Assembly (NCBI GenBank): GCA_041665345.1
Contig: JBAYJA010000005.1
Span: 2,913-66,912 of the forward strand
Direction of reading: 5' to 3'
DNA length: 64,000 bases
From: Patescibacteria group bacterium
Lineage (GTDB): Bacteria; Patescibacteriota; Patescibacteriia; PEXW01
The translations under genes and the position numbers were made by a program. Of this stretch, positions 46,781 through 57,415 are shown piece by piece. Within the stretch, counting starts at the first letter, position 1. Each line of letters starts with the position of its first letter. The notes under the pieces are model-generated. The model saw only the letters and a list, made by a program, of their open reading frames with translations. It ran no database searches and was not told the DNA's origin.

Positions 46781-47554
46781 ATGAACATTCAAGAGGCATT
46801 AACGCACTTTGGACTCAATGAAAAGGAGGCTGGGGTATACCTTGCTGCTCTTGCTTTAGGGAGGGCGAAAGGTCAGGAAGTTGCAAGAAATGCTGGGTTA
46901 CCACGTTCCACCACGTACAGCATTCTGGATACGCTGGTGCAGAAGAAGCTCATTCTTACCCTGGACGACCGCAAAGTGCGTGAGTATGCAGCAGAAGACC
47001 CTGACAAGTTGGTGGAACAAAGCGAAGCAGCCTACCGCACCATGAAAGCCGCGCAACCGGATTTGGCGGCGCTGTTCCGGGGGGCGAAGAACCGGCCGCG
47101 GGTGCGGTACTACGACGGGTTGCAGGCAATTAAGGGTATGTACGAGGGGATTTTGCTCCAGCGGAAGAAGGGGCTGAAAGACTACCAAGTCATTGCTTCC
47201 GAATCCGCTTTCCTTAGCCGTGATCGGGAGTGGTTTACCAATTTTGTGAAGCGCCGAGCAGCGTTTGGCATGCACTCGCGGTTAATTCTGGAAGCCAGTG
47301 AAGATACCCGGCAAAAGCAAAAAGAGGAAAAGGAGATTAATTCAGAAATCCGGATTTTGGACAACTTTTACGAACAGCGGAGCAAGGCGGGAATTTACAT
47401 TTTGCTGAAGAGTGTCATTTTTGTGGAGTACACCAAAAACCCCGTGGCCGTGGAAATGGAGAGTAAAGAACTGGTTTCCATGCACCGCATGCTGTTTGAA
47501 GCCCTGTGGAAGACTTTGCCCGCAGCTTCGCAGCCTGCGCTGCAGTCCACGTAA
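46781..47554 (+). CDS. TrmB-family transcriptional regulator (paralog 3)
   Basis: N-terminal winged helix LNEKEAGVYLAALALGRAKGQEVARNAGLPRSTTYSILDTLVQKKLI. TTGTCAA...TTGACAA inverted repeats lie upstream. Confidence 0.6.
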   Translation: MNIQEALTHFGLNEKEAGVYLAALALGRAKGQEVARNAGLPRSTTYSILDTLVQKKLILTLDDRKVREYAAEDPDKLVEQSEAAYRTMKAAQPDLAALFRGAKNRPRVRYYDGLQAIKGMYEGILLQRKKGLKDYQVIASESAFLSRDREWFTNFVKRRAAFGMHSRLILEASEDTRQKQKEEKEINSEIRILDNFYEQRSKAGIYILLKSVIFVEYTKNPVAVEMESKELVSMHRMLFEALWKTLPAASQPALQST

Positions 47555-47614
47555 GGTACTTTTTCAGAGTATAGACACTCGTTCACTTCAAGCCGTAGGC
47601 GTATACTTCACAAT

Positions 47615-48196
47615 ATGAAAAAGCTACTCTGTGTCGTTGACTACCAAAATGACTTTGTCAGCCCTGACGGGAAGGTAGCCAAGCAGCTGGGCAATGACAA
47701 GCTACTGAAAGCGCAGGCACTACTGCCAAAAATTCAGCAGCTGCTTGATGCCTGGCACAAGCGTTCAGATCCTGTGCTTTTTCTGCAGTCAGACTACAGC
47801 CTGAAAAATTACAAAGCGTCTTTTCAGGAGGGGAGGAAGAATAGTGCGTACAGCAATGCAGCAATCGTTGGCACCTGGGGGCATGCACTTTTCGGGCTGC
47901 AACCGGCTGCTTCTGATGCACGCTTGGTCAAACTGTATTTCGATGGTTTCTACCAATCTGCTTTGGAAGACACGCTTGTGAAGCAAGAAATTACCGACGT
48001 GTATTTTTGTGGCATTAATACCGATGTTTGCGTGTTCCACACGGCAATTGGTGCAATCGTCCGCGGCTATCGTTCCTACGTCATTGAGGATGCAACCGAG
48101 ACCGTTTCAAGCGCTGAGCAGAAAGCCATATTCTTGCAATACTTGAAGAACTATGTCGGCGTGCAGATCGTACCCTTACGTGATGTACTTCTATGA
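47615..48196 (+). CDS. isochorismatase-family cysteine hydrolase (nicotinamidase-like)
   Basis: LLCVVDYQNDF (catalytic Asp), K residue, and CGINTDVCV (catalytic Cys). Confidence 0.7.
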   Translation: MKKLLCVVDYQNDFVSPDGKVAKQLGNDKLLKAQALLPKIQQLLDAWHKRSDPVLFLQSDYSLKNYKASFQEGRKNSAYSNAAIVGTWGHALFGLQPAASDARLVKLYFDGFYQSALEDTLVKQEITDVYFCGINTDVCVFHTAIGAIVRGYRSYVIEDATETVSSAEQKAIFLQYLKNYVGVQIVPLRDVLL

Positions 48197-49023
48197 CTGA
48201 AAATTTCCAAGAACTGTACAACCCAGAAAACGCACCAGAGTGGAATGAAGAGAAGACCATGGAGCATGCTTCCGGGATCTGGGGCAGGGATCCAATGCTT
48301 CAATACCTCCGAGATGAAGTGATTAAGCCCGGAGATAAAGTCCTGGATATTGGCTCTGGCGCAGGGTACCCATCTGCCCGAATGGCAGAGATGGTAGGAA
48401 AAGATGGAACCGTGGTTGGCCTGGAGTACAGCAAATCTATGCTGGGCATTGCTGATGATGAAAAAGGTGAACCAGCGAGTAAGAAGTATGAGGCACTGAA
48501 GCAGCTGATGTTCATCAATGGTGATGCCACAAACATGCCCATACAAGAAAAATCTTTTGACGTTGCCACGTCTTTTATGGTGCTGCACAATTTGGAGCTT
48601 CCACAAGTGCAGAAAGTACTTCAGGAAACTGCCCGGGTTCTCAAACCTGGCGGCAAGGCAGTGTTTCTTACCATGCATCCGGATATGCTGGAGTCAGATT
48701 GGAAATTAGACTTCATGGAATATCCTGACGATGCTATTGCCGCCTACAAGGCACTGGAAGAAAAGGAGGGATTCCGATTAAGCGGGAAAGTGAAAAATGC
48801 TGGTGGGGGTGAAAAGCAGATTGGCTTGGTGGTACATACCCGGGAAAATATGCAGCAGGCCATTGCACAAGCCGGGTTAGAGCTTGCACATGAAGAAGGA
48901 TATTTTATTGATGCCGACACAGCAGCCGAAAAGTTTGGTGAAAATGCATCGCGGGTAATGCCAACCACGCCAACTTTTTGGAAATTGGAATTGGTGAAGC
49001 CGGAAAGCACTGAAGCAAGCTAA
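48193..49023 (+). CDS. class I SAM-dependent methyltransferase
   Basis: VLDIGSGAGYPSARMAE (motif I); ATGA overlap with the upstream gene. Confidence 0.6.
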   Translation: MTENFQELYNPENAPEWNEEKTMEHASGIWGRDPMLQYLRDEVIKPGDKVLDIGSGAGYPSARMAEMVGKDGTVVGLEYSKSMLGIADDEKGEPASKKYEALKQLMFINGDATNMPIQEKSFDVATSFMVLHNLELPQVQKVLQETARVLKPGGKAVFLTMHPDMLESDWKLDFMEYPDDAIAAYKALEEKEGFRLSGKVKNAGGGEKQIGLVVHTRENMQQAIAQAGLELAHEEGYFIDADTAAEKFGENASRVMPTTPTFWKLELVKPESTEAS

Positions 49024-49049
49024 TAATATGGGTGGAGTGTGGGCGGCCC

Positions 49050-49078
49050 TTGACGCATACGCATTGGTAGGGTACAGT
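49050..49078 (+). promoter_or_regulatory. sigma70-type promoter of the DHH phosphoesterase gene
   Basis: TTGACG - 17 nt - TACAGT, about 10 nt upstream of the ATG at 49089. Confidence 0.45.
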
Positions 49079-49088
49079 AGCTAACTTT

Positions 49089-50066
49089 ATGACCGACCAC
49101 ACTGCCAGCTACCGCGCAATTCACCGCGCCATTACCGAAGCCAAAGAGGTGCTCCTCATTGCCCACCAGAAACCGGACGGGGATACCCTGGGCGCGAATT
49201 TGGCCATGGCTAACTGGTTGCGGGATCAAGGCAAGCATTTCCATATTTTTTGCGCGCATCCGGTGCCGTCACACTACCAGTTCTTGCCCTTGTGGGAGCA
49301 TGTGAAGAGCACCGAAGAGGAAATTGCCCACATCCCATTCAACGTTGTGGTGGCCCTGGACTCTTCCAGCCTGGATTATGCCGGCGCGACTTCTTTAGTT
49401 GCAAAACTAAAAGGGAGTCCGACGATTATCAACATTGACCACCACGGTACCAACCCGCACTTTGGGGATATGAATATTGTGGAACCCACTGCGTCGTCCT
49501 GTTCTGAATTGGTGTATAAATTTTTGGATCACCATCGCATTCACATTAGCCAAGAAATTGCTACCTGCTTGCTCACCGGCATTCTCACAGACACGGGTGG
49601 TTTCAGCAATCTGGGCACCACCACTGATGCGGTGGAAATTGCTGGTACCCTCATGCGGCGTGGCGCTAAGTTCCGCACAATTACAGAAAACACTGTGCGG
49701 AATAAGTCCGTGAACACCCTGAAGCTCTGGGGCATTGCCTTGGACCGGCTGACACAGCATGCGGATGGGCTGGTGAGTACAGTCATCACCCAGGCTGATT
49801 TGGATGCGTGTGGTGCAGTGGAAGAAGATATGGAAGGTGTAGCAAATTTTCTCAACGCCCTGCAAGACGCCAGAATGGTGATGGTGCTGAAAGAGCGTGA
49901 GGGTGTGGTGAAAGGGAGTTTACGTACGACGCAGGCTGATGTGGACGTGGCCGAGTATGCCAAGAAGCACTTTGGCGGTGGTGGTCACAAAAAAGCCGCG
50001 GGCTTTGCCGTGCCGGGTCATCTGGTACAAACGCCGGATGGCTGGCGAGTGCAACCAAATACGTAA
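49089..50066 (+). CDS. nrnA: DHH/DHHA1 phosphoesterase (NrnA-like bifunctional oligoribonuclease/pAp phosphatase)
   Basis: DGDTLGA, IDHHGTN (DHH motif), and C-terminal GGGH (DHHA1). Confidence 0.75.
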   Translation: MTDHTASYRAIHRAITEAKEVLLIAHQKPDGDTLGANLAMANWLRDQGKHFHIFCAHPVPSHYQFLPLWEHVKSTEEEIAHIPFNVVVALDSSSLDYAGATSLVAKLKGSPTIINIDHHGTNPHFGDMNIVEPTASSCSELVYKFLDHHRIHISQEIATCLLTGILTDTGGFSNLGTTTDAVEIAGTLMRRGAKFRTITENTVRNKSVNTLKLWGIALDRLTQHADGLVSTVITQADLDACGAVEEDMEGVANFLNALQDARMVMVLKEREGVVKGSLRTTQADVDVAEYAKKHFGGGGHKKAAGFAVPGHLVQTPDGWRVQPNT

Positions 50067-50190
50067 GAGACAGCGGAGCGGAAGAATGTACACCCCAGGA
50101 ATTCTTGGTGATGTTTGGGTTGCATTTGACACCGTCAGGCTGACTGGAACATACTGGCGTTACAAAAAAACATGGTAGGAGGTAAAACCC

Positions 50191-50379
50191 ATGTACCCTG
50201 CTCACAACTACTATTGGACCTGCAGCTGTGGCGCGAACCCAATATCAGATCATGCTGATGAGAGAACTGGTGTCCCTCTTGGTCAGGCTCCCACTTGTCC
50301 CAACTGCGGGAAACCCATGCAAGGTAGTCCGATGAAACTGGATGGCCCTTTCCCTGAAGATCCAAAACCGCTCTACTAA
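50191..50379 (+). CDS. small zinc-ribbon protein (62 aa)
   Basis: CSC...CPNC; strong RBS ggaggt 7 nt upstream; terminator hairpin follows. Confidence 0.45.
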   Translation: MYPAHNYYWTCSCGANPISDHADERTGVPLGQAPTCPNCGKPMQGSPMKLDGPFPEDPKPLY

Positions 50380-50451
50380 ACTATACAGGAGTACCAACAG
50401 GGCACTCCTTTTTCCTTGCACGGGCGTGGCCTGGTATGGAATACTTTATCC

Positions 50452-50754
50452 ATGGAACGCGAACCAGGAAAGCAAGAGCGGGAGGTACACTATCGTGATA
50501 TAAGCGAGGAATTTTTGAGTATTCCAGGGTATGATTTTCCAGAATTTCTTCGTACGCTAGACCATGAGCCAGCGCTGGAAATAAAAGTTGATTGGAAAGA
50601 CAAGTACATGGCACGGCGGTTAAAGGCTTTTCTCGAAGATTTTCATGCGCTGGATATCAAACAAAAGCGTCGTGCTACTATACGCGCAACAGAAGCACAG
50701 TGGATGGAGGAGCTGAATGTCTTTGCCTCAGGAGTGAAGTGGGAAAAGGTATAA
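50452..50754 (+). CDS. hypothetical protein
   Basis: The ORF opens at 50416 inside the upstream terminator, so the start is moved to an internal ATG; weak. Confidence 0.3.
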   Translation: MEREPGKQEREVHYRDISEEFLSIPGYDFPEFLRTLDHEPALEIKVDWKDKYMARRLKAFLEDFHALDIKQKRRATIRATEAQWMEELNVFASGVKWEKV

Positions 50755-50756
50755 AA

Positions 50757-50785
50757 AAAGGACACCTTGGGGTGTCCTGTGGATG
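50757..50785. terminator. bidirectional terminator
   Basis: aaaaaaaggacaccttggggtgtcc with flanking A- and T-runs. Confidence 0.5.
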
Positions 50786-50786
50786 C

Positions 50787-51023
50787 GGGCTATTTTTTTG
50801 GCGCCTCTGGTTCGGAAGAGGCAGCACGGATTGCTTCCCAATCCAGAATTTCTTGCTGGATGAGTCGGCATGGGGGCTGCTGTGCACCAAGCCGTGTCTT
50901 CCGAATGAGCGCTGGCGGGAGCGGACGAACCTTTCCGTTTTTCGCTACATCGTTCATGTAGCTCAGATGCTGTTTGGGATGGCCTTGTTCCGTTTGGTCT
51001 GTTCCATCTTTTGTTTCTGGCAC
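50787..51023 (-). CDS. small hypothetical protein (78 aa, GTG start)
   Basis: AGGAGG sits 4 nt upstream of the GTG; the stop abuts the terminator. Second gene of a two-gene minus-strand operon. Confidence 0.35.
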
Positions 51024-51037
51024 TTCTCCTCCTGGAG

Positions 51038-51301
51038 TTATCTGGTTTGGGGATCTCCCTGGAAACGCTCAAGGAAATTCCGAGGGTCAATTTCATGCTG
51101 CAGCACTGCAGGCAGTTCTTCGTGAGGCACGTCTTTGTGCCGCTCGGCCAATATTCCCGCCTGGATTGCGCACGCAACATGTTCATCCCGTTCCAGGGAA
51201 ATGCCAAAGGTAAACATGGCCTGCAGGATAGTTGGAGCAATCAGCTCTGGCTCACCATTTGCTTTTTTCGCAGCAAAGGCAAGTTTCTTTACAAAGGGCA
51301 T
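51038..51301 (-). CDS. small hypothetical protein (87 aa)
   Basis: GGAGGA sits 5 nt upstream of the ATG. Confidence 0.4.
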   Translation of the reverse strand: MPFVKKLAFAAKKANGEPELIAPTILQAMFTFGISLERDEHVACAIQAGILAERHKDVPHEELPAVLQHEIDPRNFLERFQGDPQTR

Positions 51302-51379
51302 TTTTCCTCCTACGAAAACGTTTTGCTATGAGCTTCTAGTGTACTAAAAAAATGGTAGAGCTAAAAGTAGCCCTTTTAA

Positions 51380-51680
51380 TCCGCTTCGCCAAGGGTTTTG
51401 TGAGGGTTTGTGGTAGAGCAAGGGTTTGGATGCTCGTTAGGACGTTGGGTTGGGAAGGAGGGTGATACATTTTCGAAAAACACACCCAACCTTCCAACTC
51501 CACCTGGCGCTTCAACAAAACCTCTTTCCCTCTCCCTTGTTCCCTCTCCCTCAAAGGGCGAGGGAGACGTTCTGCAATCTTGTGTACCGTATTCCTATCC
51601 CTCTCCATCTTCATTCGTATCCCTTTTCGTAATTCGTAACCGGGTTGACTTTTCCCCCAAACCGCAGTATACCTTCAAGA
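51380..51680 (+). repeat. modular intergenic repeat, copy E4 (oriented toward clpP)
   Basis: gcaagggtttggatgctcgttagg...ggttgggaagg...ccctctccct...cattcgtatcccttttcgtaattcgtaa, immediately followed by the TTGACT -35 box. Confidence 0.6.
51645..51673 (+). promoter_or_regulatory. sigma70-type promoter of clpP
   Basis: TTGACT - 17 nt - TATACC; 95-nt leader before the ATG at 51769. Confidence 0.45.
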
Positions 51681-51768
51681 CGTAGATCGTGCTTCTGCCT
51701 TCTCTTCCCCTCAACCAACCCCTCCATCCATACTCGCTTCCACACCCAAACCCTTTACCCCTCCAACC

Positions 51769-52353
51769 ATGTACCTAGTCCCAACCGTCATTGAAAAATC
51801 CAACTTTGGTGAGCGTGCATACGACATCTACTCTCGCCTGCTCAAAGACCGTATCATCTTCCTAGGTGATGCCATTGACGATGGCGTTGCCAACACAGTC
51901 ATTGCGCAGTTACTGCTCTTGGAAAACCAAGACCGAGACAAGGATATTAAAATTTACCTGAACACCCCCGGCGGTTCGGTCACGGCTGGCATGGCGATTT
52001 ATGACACCATGCAGTACGTGAAACCGGACGTGAGCACCATTTGCGTGGGGATGGCTGCCAGCATGGGGGCGGTGCTCCTGGCCGGTGGCGCGAAGGGAAA
52101 GCGCTTCACTTTACCGAATGCAGAAATCCTCATTCACCAAGTTATGGGTGGGACGGAAGGTCAGGCCTCAGATATTAAAATCCGCGCGGAGCATATCTTG
52201 AAGATTAAAGACCGGCTGAACCAAATTTTGGCCAAGCACACTGGCCAGTCCGTTAAGAAAATTGAGGAAGATTCAGACCGGGATAAGTACATGTCTGCTG
52301 AGGATGCCAAAAAGTACGGCATCGTGGACAAAATAATTTCCAAGGCAAGTTGA
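51769..52353 (+). CDS. clpP: ATP-dependent Clp protease proteolytic subunit
   Basis: 194 aa; [15 protein letters not shown] (Ser nucleophile region), and the His and Asp of the catalytic triad. Confidence 0.9.
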   Translation: MYLVPTVIEKSNFGERAYDIYSRLLKDRIIFLGDAIDDGVANTVIAQLLLLENQDRDKDIKIYLNTPGGSVTAGMAIYDTMQYVKPDVSTICVGMAASMGAVLLAGGAKGKRFTLPNAEILIHQVMGGTEGQASDIKIRAEHILKIKDRLNQILAKHTGQSVKKIEEDSDRDKYMSAEDAKKYGIVDKIISKAS

Positions 52354-54260
52354 TGCGACGCATACATTCCACGCTGCTCTTCCTGGGAGGAGCGCTTGGC
52401 ATTCTTTTGTCGTGCCTCATTTTTGCCGCGCCGGCCCAAGCTGCAGTTTCCGTTGAAGTCATTTCGGCCACGCAGCCAGACCCAAAGTACGCAAACACCC
52501 CTGCCAAAGATTTTGTCTCGGATGCGCCGTGGGTCCACCGGCTAGGTGCCAATGCTGACATTCCTGTCATCACCTTCATTAAAGATGCGCAATCAGACAG
52601 CGCGCTGCTGGATTACATTAGCTACACGCGGACCGATACGAACACCGAAATTATTCGGTACGACCCCAACCCAGATCTGGTTGTGAATGCATCATTCTGG
52701 GGGATTCGCGTACGCGAACTGACGCCTACCGAGGTTGGTCTAACGCCTGGCCAGACCTTGCCGCTGCGGGTGGACATTCGCTTCCGCGATCAACTCATCT
52801 GGCATACCTACAGCCAGCACTTGCAGGTGAAGATTGCTAGTCCCTGGCCATCGCTGCCTGGTTGGTACCGGGGCGATACACATTTCCACAGCGAGTTTAC
52901 GGATAACGCCTTTGAGTATGGCGGAAATTTTGATTTCAATGTGGAAGCGTCGCAGGCAATTGGCATGCAGTGGACCACGCTCACGGAGCATTCCTACGAT
53001 GTGACCGCCACCGAATGGGATCAGCTCGTTGCACGCAGCCTGGCAGCGTCCAATGCAACGTTCCGCCTCATTCCCGGCTTGGAATTTTCCGTAGATACGA
53101 ATGAGACGAACGAATCGGTGGATGATCGTATTCATGTTTTGGGTTTAGGGTTGAACAAGTGGATCGCGGGGCCGGATATAGTACCAAGCTTCAACGTCAC
53201 GGCAAACCAACCCCGCACGCTGTCCGCCGTCCTAACGGATATTACCGACGCGAACGGCGTGGCGTATGCCTCACATCCGGAGAGCGATTCGTTGCCCATC
53301 GACGTCTTTGGCTTCTTACCACCGTGGTCAAACGCGAATTACACCACCGCGCTCAGCTTCCCGGTTTTTGTGGGTCTGGAGATTTTCAACGAGCGGCCAA
53401 CCTCCGTCACGAATAGTAATGTGACCACAGACAACATGAGCCCGTTTCCTTGGACGGCAAATACCAACTGGGACGCGGAATGGCAGCGCGGCATTGTTCG
53501 GTACAATGCTTTGGTCCGCGCAAATATTTTTCGCAACATTTCTCTGCTGGGCGGTTCGGACGCGCATGGTGATGCAAATTACAAAGTCTTCAACGCAAAT
53601 GGCGCCTTTGACGTGGCGGCGAATGAGACGGCTTCCGGAAAAGTGCACACGGTTGTTCCATTGCCTGGTGGTCTGACGCAAACCGGGATTATGGACGCCT
53701 TACGCAATGGTCGAGGCATCGTTTCTGATGGTCCGCTGGTTATACCCGAAATTCGTCTTGGGAGTACAACACTCGCGCAGGTGGGGGATCGAATTACTTT
53801 TCAGCCAACCGCAAATGTACACGTACGCTCGCTTTCCAGCGTAGAGTTTGGGAACCTCAGCACCCTTACCCTACACGTCCTTTCCCCTGGTACGGAGGCG
53901 CATCAGGTTGTACCGCTCACCGGCCTGGATCAAACGTTCACGCGGACACTCGCCGATCTTAACGTTGCTCCACCTTTTGCCGTGTGGGTAGAGGCACGTA
54001 CGACCCTTGGTCATCGAAGTTTTAGTAATCCCATTTGGCTCAATGGCCCAATGCTCTGTGGTGATGCAGATGGAGATGGCAAAATTTCTATTGGAGACGC
54101 GGTGAATATTATTAACTATATCTTCGCCAATGGCACCACCCCGGTTTCCGGTGACCCAAATAACGATGGCCAAACGGATATTGGCGATGCGGTGTACCTC
54201 ATTAATTACATTTTTGGAGGGGGTCCCGCCCCTACCTGCAGTCAGCAAAAGCGAAAGTAA
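52350..54260 (+). CDS. secreted PHP-family metallophosphoesterase with C-terminal tandem dockerin repeats
   Basis: Signal peptide; PHP motifs [20 protein letters not shown]. The C-terminus [23 protein letters not shown]...[21 protein letters not shown] is two dockerin type-I calcium-binding repeats. Confidence 0.6.
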   Translation: MMRRIHSTLLFLGGALGILLSCLIFAAPAQAAVSVEVISATQPDPKYANTPAKDFVSDAPWVHRLGANADIPVITFIKDAQSDSALLDYISYTRTDTNTEIIRYDPNPDLVVNASFWGIRVRELTPTEVGLTPGQTLPLRVDIRFRDQLIWHTYSQHLQVKIASPWPSLPGWYRGDTHFHSEFTDNAFEYGGNFDFNVEASQAIGMQWTTLTEHSYDVTATEWDQLVARSLAASNATFRLIPGLEFSVDTNETNESVDDRIHVLGLGLNKWIAGPDIVPSFNVTANQPRTLSAVLTDITDANGVAYASHPESDSLPIDVFGFLPPWSNANYTTALSFPVFVGLEIFNERPTSVTNSNVTTDNMSPFPWTANTNWDAEWQRGIVRYNALVRANIFRNISLLGGSDAHGDANYKVFNANGAFDVAANETASGKVHTVVPLPGGLTQTGIMDALRNGRGIVSDGPLVIPEIRLGSTTLAQVGDRITFQPTANVHVRSLSSVEFGNLSTLTLHVLSPGTEAHQVVPLTGLDQTFTRTLADLNVAPPFAVWVEARTTLGHRSFSNPIWLNGPMLCGDADGDGKISIGDAVNIINYIFANGTTPVSGDPNNDGQTDIGDAVYLINYIFGGGPAPTCSQQKRK

Positions 54261-54439
54261 CCAAGAAAGTCTTCAGTTCAGGCCATCCTTGTGCAATGCG
54301 TGATAATGTGGGGCGATGATGCATTCTCCAAGCGACCTTTGCGTCCCAAAAACCTCTGTGCTAAGGTAGGAAAGCTCAGTTCCTGCACGCATTTCGTGCA
54401 CGCAGAGCACTCTATGACCAACCTTACCTCCATACTTCT

Positions 54440-55984
54440 ATGTCCTTCGACAACTTCAGCACCTGGTTTTGGGTACTCCTTTTACCAATTGGCACCTTCG
54501 GCGGCATGCTCGTGGGTTACTTCGCTCGTAAAGTTTGGGCTTCCAAGCAAGTAGAAACCGCAGAAGCCCGCTTGCAGAAAGCGGAAGAAGAAGCACGACA
54601 GCAAGAAAAAGAAATTCTCTTCAAGGCCAAGGAAAAAGGCATGAAGATTATTGAAGATGCAAAACGGGACGAAGACCAACGTCGCCGGGAGATTCAGGCA
54701 CAGCAGCAGCGTTTAGAAACGCGTGAGAGCACGTTCGATCAAAAGTTAATGCAAATCGAGAAGAGCCAGAAGCAATTGGTAGAAAAGGAAAACCGTTTGG
54801 AAAACGTGCATAAAGAACTTTCGACCATTCGTGAGCAGCAGGTGGCGAAGTTAGAGAAAATTGCCGCCCTGAGTAAAGACGAGGCGAAGCGGGTGTTGCT
54901 GGATGCCACGGAGCGGGATATGAAGGATGAATTAGCTGACCGTTTGAAGAAGCACCAAGAGCAAGCCGCCGAAGCCATTGACCAGCAAGCGAAAAATCTC
55001 ATTAGCCTGGCAATTCAGCGCGTGGCTTCACCCCACACCGCGGAAACCACTACTACGCTGGTGGCTTTGCCCAACGAGGAAATGAAAGGCCGCATCATTG
55101 GCAAGGAAGGTCGCAATATTAAATCCCTGGAACTGCAGACTGGCGTAGAAATTCTGGTGGATGAATCTCCCGACTCGGTTGTGGTATCTGGCTTCTCGCC
55201 CACCCGTCGCCAAGTGGCCAAACGTGCGTTGGAAAAACTCATGTCCGATGGCCGCATTCACCCCGGACGCATTGAAGAGGCTGTTGCGCAAGCCAAGAAA
55301 GATATTTCCCAAGAAATGAAGAAGGCGGGTGAAGAAGCGGCATACGAAGTAGGGGTTGCAGGTTTGGACCCCAAACTCTTGCAGCTGGTTGGTCGCTTGA
55401 AGTACCGCACCAGCTACGGCCAGAATGTACTCCGCCACTCGGTGGAAGTCGCCATTGTGGCTGGGCTGCTGGCCGAAGAGCTGAATGCCAACGTGAGCGT
55501 GTGTAAGAAAGGTGGTTTGCTTCACGACATTGGCAAAGCATTGGATCATGACATCCAAGGGACGCATCCGGAAATTGGCTACGACATTCTGCGCCGGAAG
55601 TTCCGCATGCCAGAGGAAGTTGCCTACCAGTGCATTTCCCATCATGAGGACAGTCCCAAGACACTGGAAGGTGCAATTGTGAAAGCTGCGGATGCAATTT
55701 CCGGTTCACGCCCAGGCGCGCGCAAAGACAGCATTGAGCAGTACATCCAGCGCCTGGAAGATTTGGAACGTTTGGCCGGCGGGTTTGAAGGGGTGGACAA
55801 GGCGTACGCCATTCAAGCAGGCCGAGAAATTCGGGTGTTCGTCACCCCAGAGAAGTTGGACGACTTTGGCGCCATCAAGCTTGCCCGGGAAATTGCCAAC
55901 GGCATTGAAAAAGAGCTGCAGTACCCGGGAGAAATTAAGGTGACGGTAATCCGCGAGCGACGCGTTATCGAGTACGCCAGGTAA
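54440..55984 (+). CDS. rny: ribonuclease Y
   Basis: N-terminal transmembrane helix, coiled coil, KH domain (GRIIGKEGRNI), HD domain (GLLHDIGKA...HH). Confidence 0.9.
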   Translation: MSFDNFSTWFWVLLLPIGTFGGMLVGYFARKVWASKQVETAEARLQKAEEEARQQEKEILFKAKEKGMKIIEDAKRDEDQRRREIQAQQQRLETRESTFDQKLMQIEKSQKQLVEKENRLENVHKELSTIREQQVAKLEKIAALSKDEAKRVLLDATERDMKDELADRLKKHQEQAAEAIDQQAKNLISLAIQRVASPHTAETTTTLVALPNEEMKGRIIGKEGRNIKSLELQTGVEILVDESPDSVVVSGFSPTRRQVAKRALEKLMSDGRIHPGRIEEAVAQAKKDISQEMKKAGEEAAYEVGVAGLDPKLLQLVGRLKYRTSYGQNVLRHSVEVAIVAGLLAEELNANVSVCKKGGLLHDIGKALDHDIQGTHPEIGYDILRRKFRMPEEVAYQCISHHEDSPKTLEGAIVKAADAISGSRPGARKDSIEQYIQRLEDLERLAGGFEGVDKAYAIQAGREIRVFVTPEKLDDFGAIKLAREIANGIEKELQYPGEIKVTVIRERRVIEYAR

Positions 55985-56055
55985 TTACCCGAAGCAAAAG
56001 AAAACCAGCGGTTTTACTACCGCTGGTATTTTTGCATTTATGGGATTATGGAGTT

Positions 56056-56481
56056 CTAGCCCCGACCAGGCAACCATATGGCCCGCACGGCCCAGCACTG
56101 TTGCAGGACACGCAAATCACACATATCGATGGTTATTGAGCATCGACCGCCATCTTTCCGAACATCAGTAGCAACAGTTGCAATAACGGAATCAATTGCT
56201 GTTAATGTCGCAATATTTTGGTTAATCGGATCGATCCAAACGTTTGTTCGCCAAGAGGTAGGTCCATTTCCGTTACCAACTCTGAATGGCATGTGGTAAG
56301 CAGAATAAAGTCTGCTTGCTTCACTTTCTGCCTGATCCATACTATCCACCTCGCAGGCTAGATGGTATAGCTGGTCAAGTGGCGGGGAAAGTTTACTAGA
56401 CAGGGTGGATGGGGGCGAACTCGTACATGATGCTAGTAACCAACCAAAAAGTAGGACAATGAACATTTTCGCTTTCAACAC
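56056..56481 (-). CDS. putative lipoprotein (141 aa)
   Basis: Signal peptide with lipobox LLASC. Confidence 0.4.
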   Translation of the reverse strand: MLKAKMFIVLLFGWLLASCTSSPPSTLSSKLSPPLDQLYHLACEVDSMDQAESEASRLYSAYHMPFRVGNGNGPTSWRTNVWIDPINQNIATLTAIDSVIATVATDVRKDGGRCSITIDMCDLRVLQQCWAVRAIWLPGRG

Positions 56482-56584
56482 TTTTTACTCCTTTCCTTGT
56501 GTGAACAGCTTACGGGCAGGAGCATTTGGGTGTCAAGCTTATGCAGGAATTGCCTACGCCCACGAAGTACGGTATGGTTTGTGC

Positions 56585-57373
56585 ATGCGCATTCTTTTTT
56601 TAGGCGATGTTGTGGGTAAACCTGGTCGGGCTATCGTGTCCAAGCTGTTGCCACAGCTCAAAAAGGAGTTTTCCCCGGACGTGATTCTGGCTAATGTGGA
56701 AAATCTGGCGCATGGCAAAGGCGTGACCAAGAAAACTTGGGCCGAAGTGCAGGCTGCAGGGGTGATGATTGGCACGTCTGGGAATCACATCCTGAGCAAA
56801 GAAATGGATGCAGCAGCGCTGCTGACTGACCCGGACACGCACGTACTGCGGCCGGCGAATTATCCATCCACCTTCCCTGGGGTTGGTGCGAAGGTTTTTC
56901 CCGTTGCGGGCAAAGAGGTTCTCGTTATGAACTTGAGCGGTGAGGTGAACATGGCGCATGAACCAACATCACCGTTTGTGGCGGTGGAAAAACTGCTGAC
57001 TGAAAACCCAAAGCATGACCTGGTTATTCTGGATCTCCATGCTGAGGCGACCAGTGAAAAAGTCGCCATGGGTTGGTACTTGGACGGTCGGGCAACATTG
57101 GTGGTAGGCACGCACACGCATGTCCCAACGGCGGACGCGCGGATTCTCCCAGGTGGTACGGCCTACGTTACAGACCTGGGTATGTGCGGATTGCAGAATG
57201 GCATTATTGGCGTGGATCGGGAGGCAATTATGCCGCGCTTCTTGGAAAATCGGAAACCGCCCCACGAAATTGCTGAGCATGGGCCCGTGCAATTCTGCAG
57301 CGTTTTGGTGGAAGTTGGGACTGATGGGAAGGCAACAGCCATCCAGCGCATTGACCGCCAAAGTACGGTATAA
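56585..57373 (+). CDS. ymdB: YmdB-family metallophosphoesterase (2',3'-cNMP phosphodiesterase)
   Basis: MRILFLGDVVGKPGR...NVENLAHGKG matches the YmdB/TIGR00282 N-terminus; conserved rny-ymdB gene order. Start moved to the internal ATG at 56585. Confidence 0.75.
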   Translation: MRILFLGDVVGKPGRAIVSKLLPQLKKEFSPDVILANVENLAHGKGVTKKTWAEVQAAGVMIGTSGNHILSKEMDAAALLTDPDTHVLRPANYPSTFPGVGAKVFPVAGKEVLVMNLSGEVNMAHEPTSPFVAVEKLLTENPKHDLVILDLHAEATSEKVAMGWYLDGRATLVVGTHTHVPTADARILPGGTAYVTDLGMCGLQNGIIGVDREAIMPRFLENRKPPHEIAEHGPVQFCSVLVEVGTDGKATAIQRIDRQSTV

Positions 57374-57415
57374 TAGGAGCAGCTACTTCTTCCAAACCGA
57401 AAGGGGGTGAGCCGT

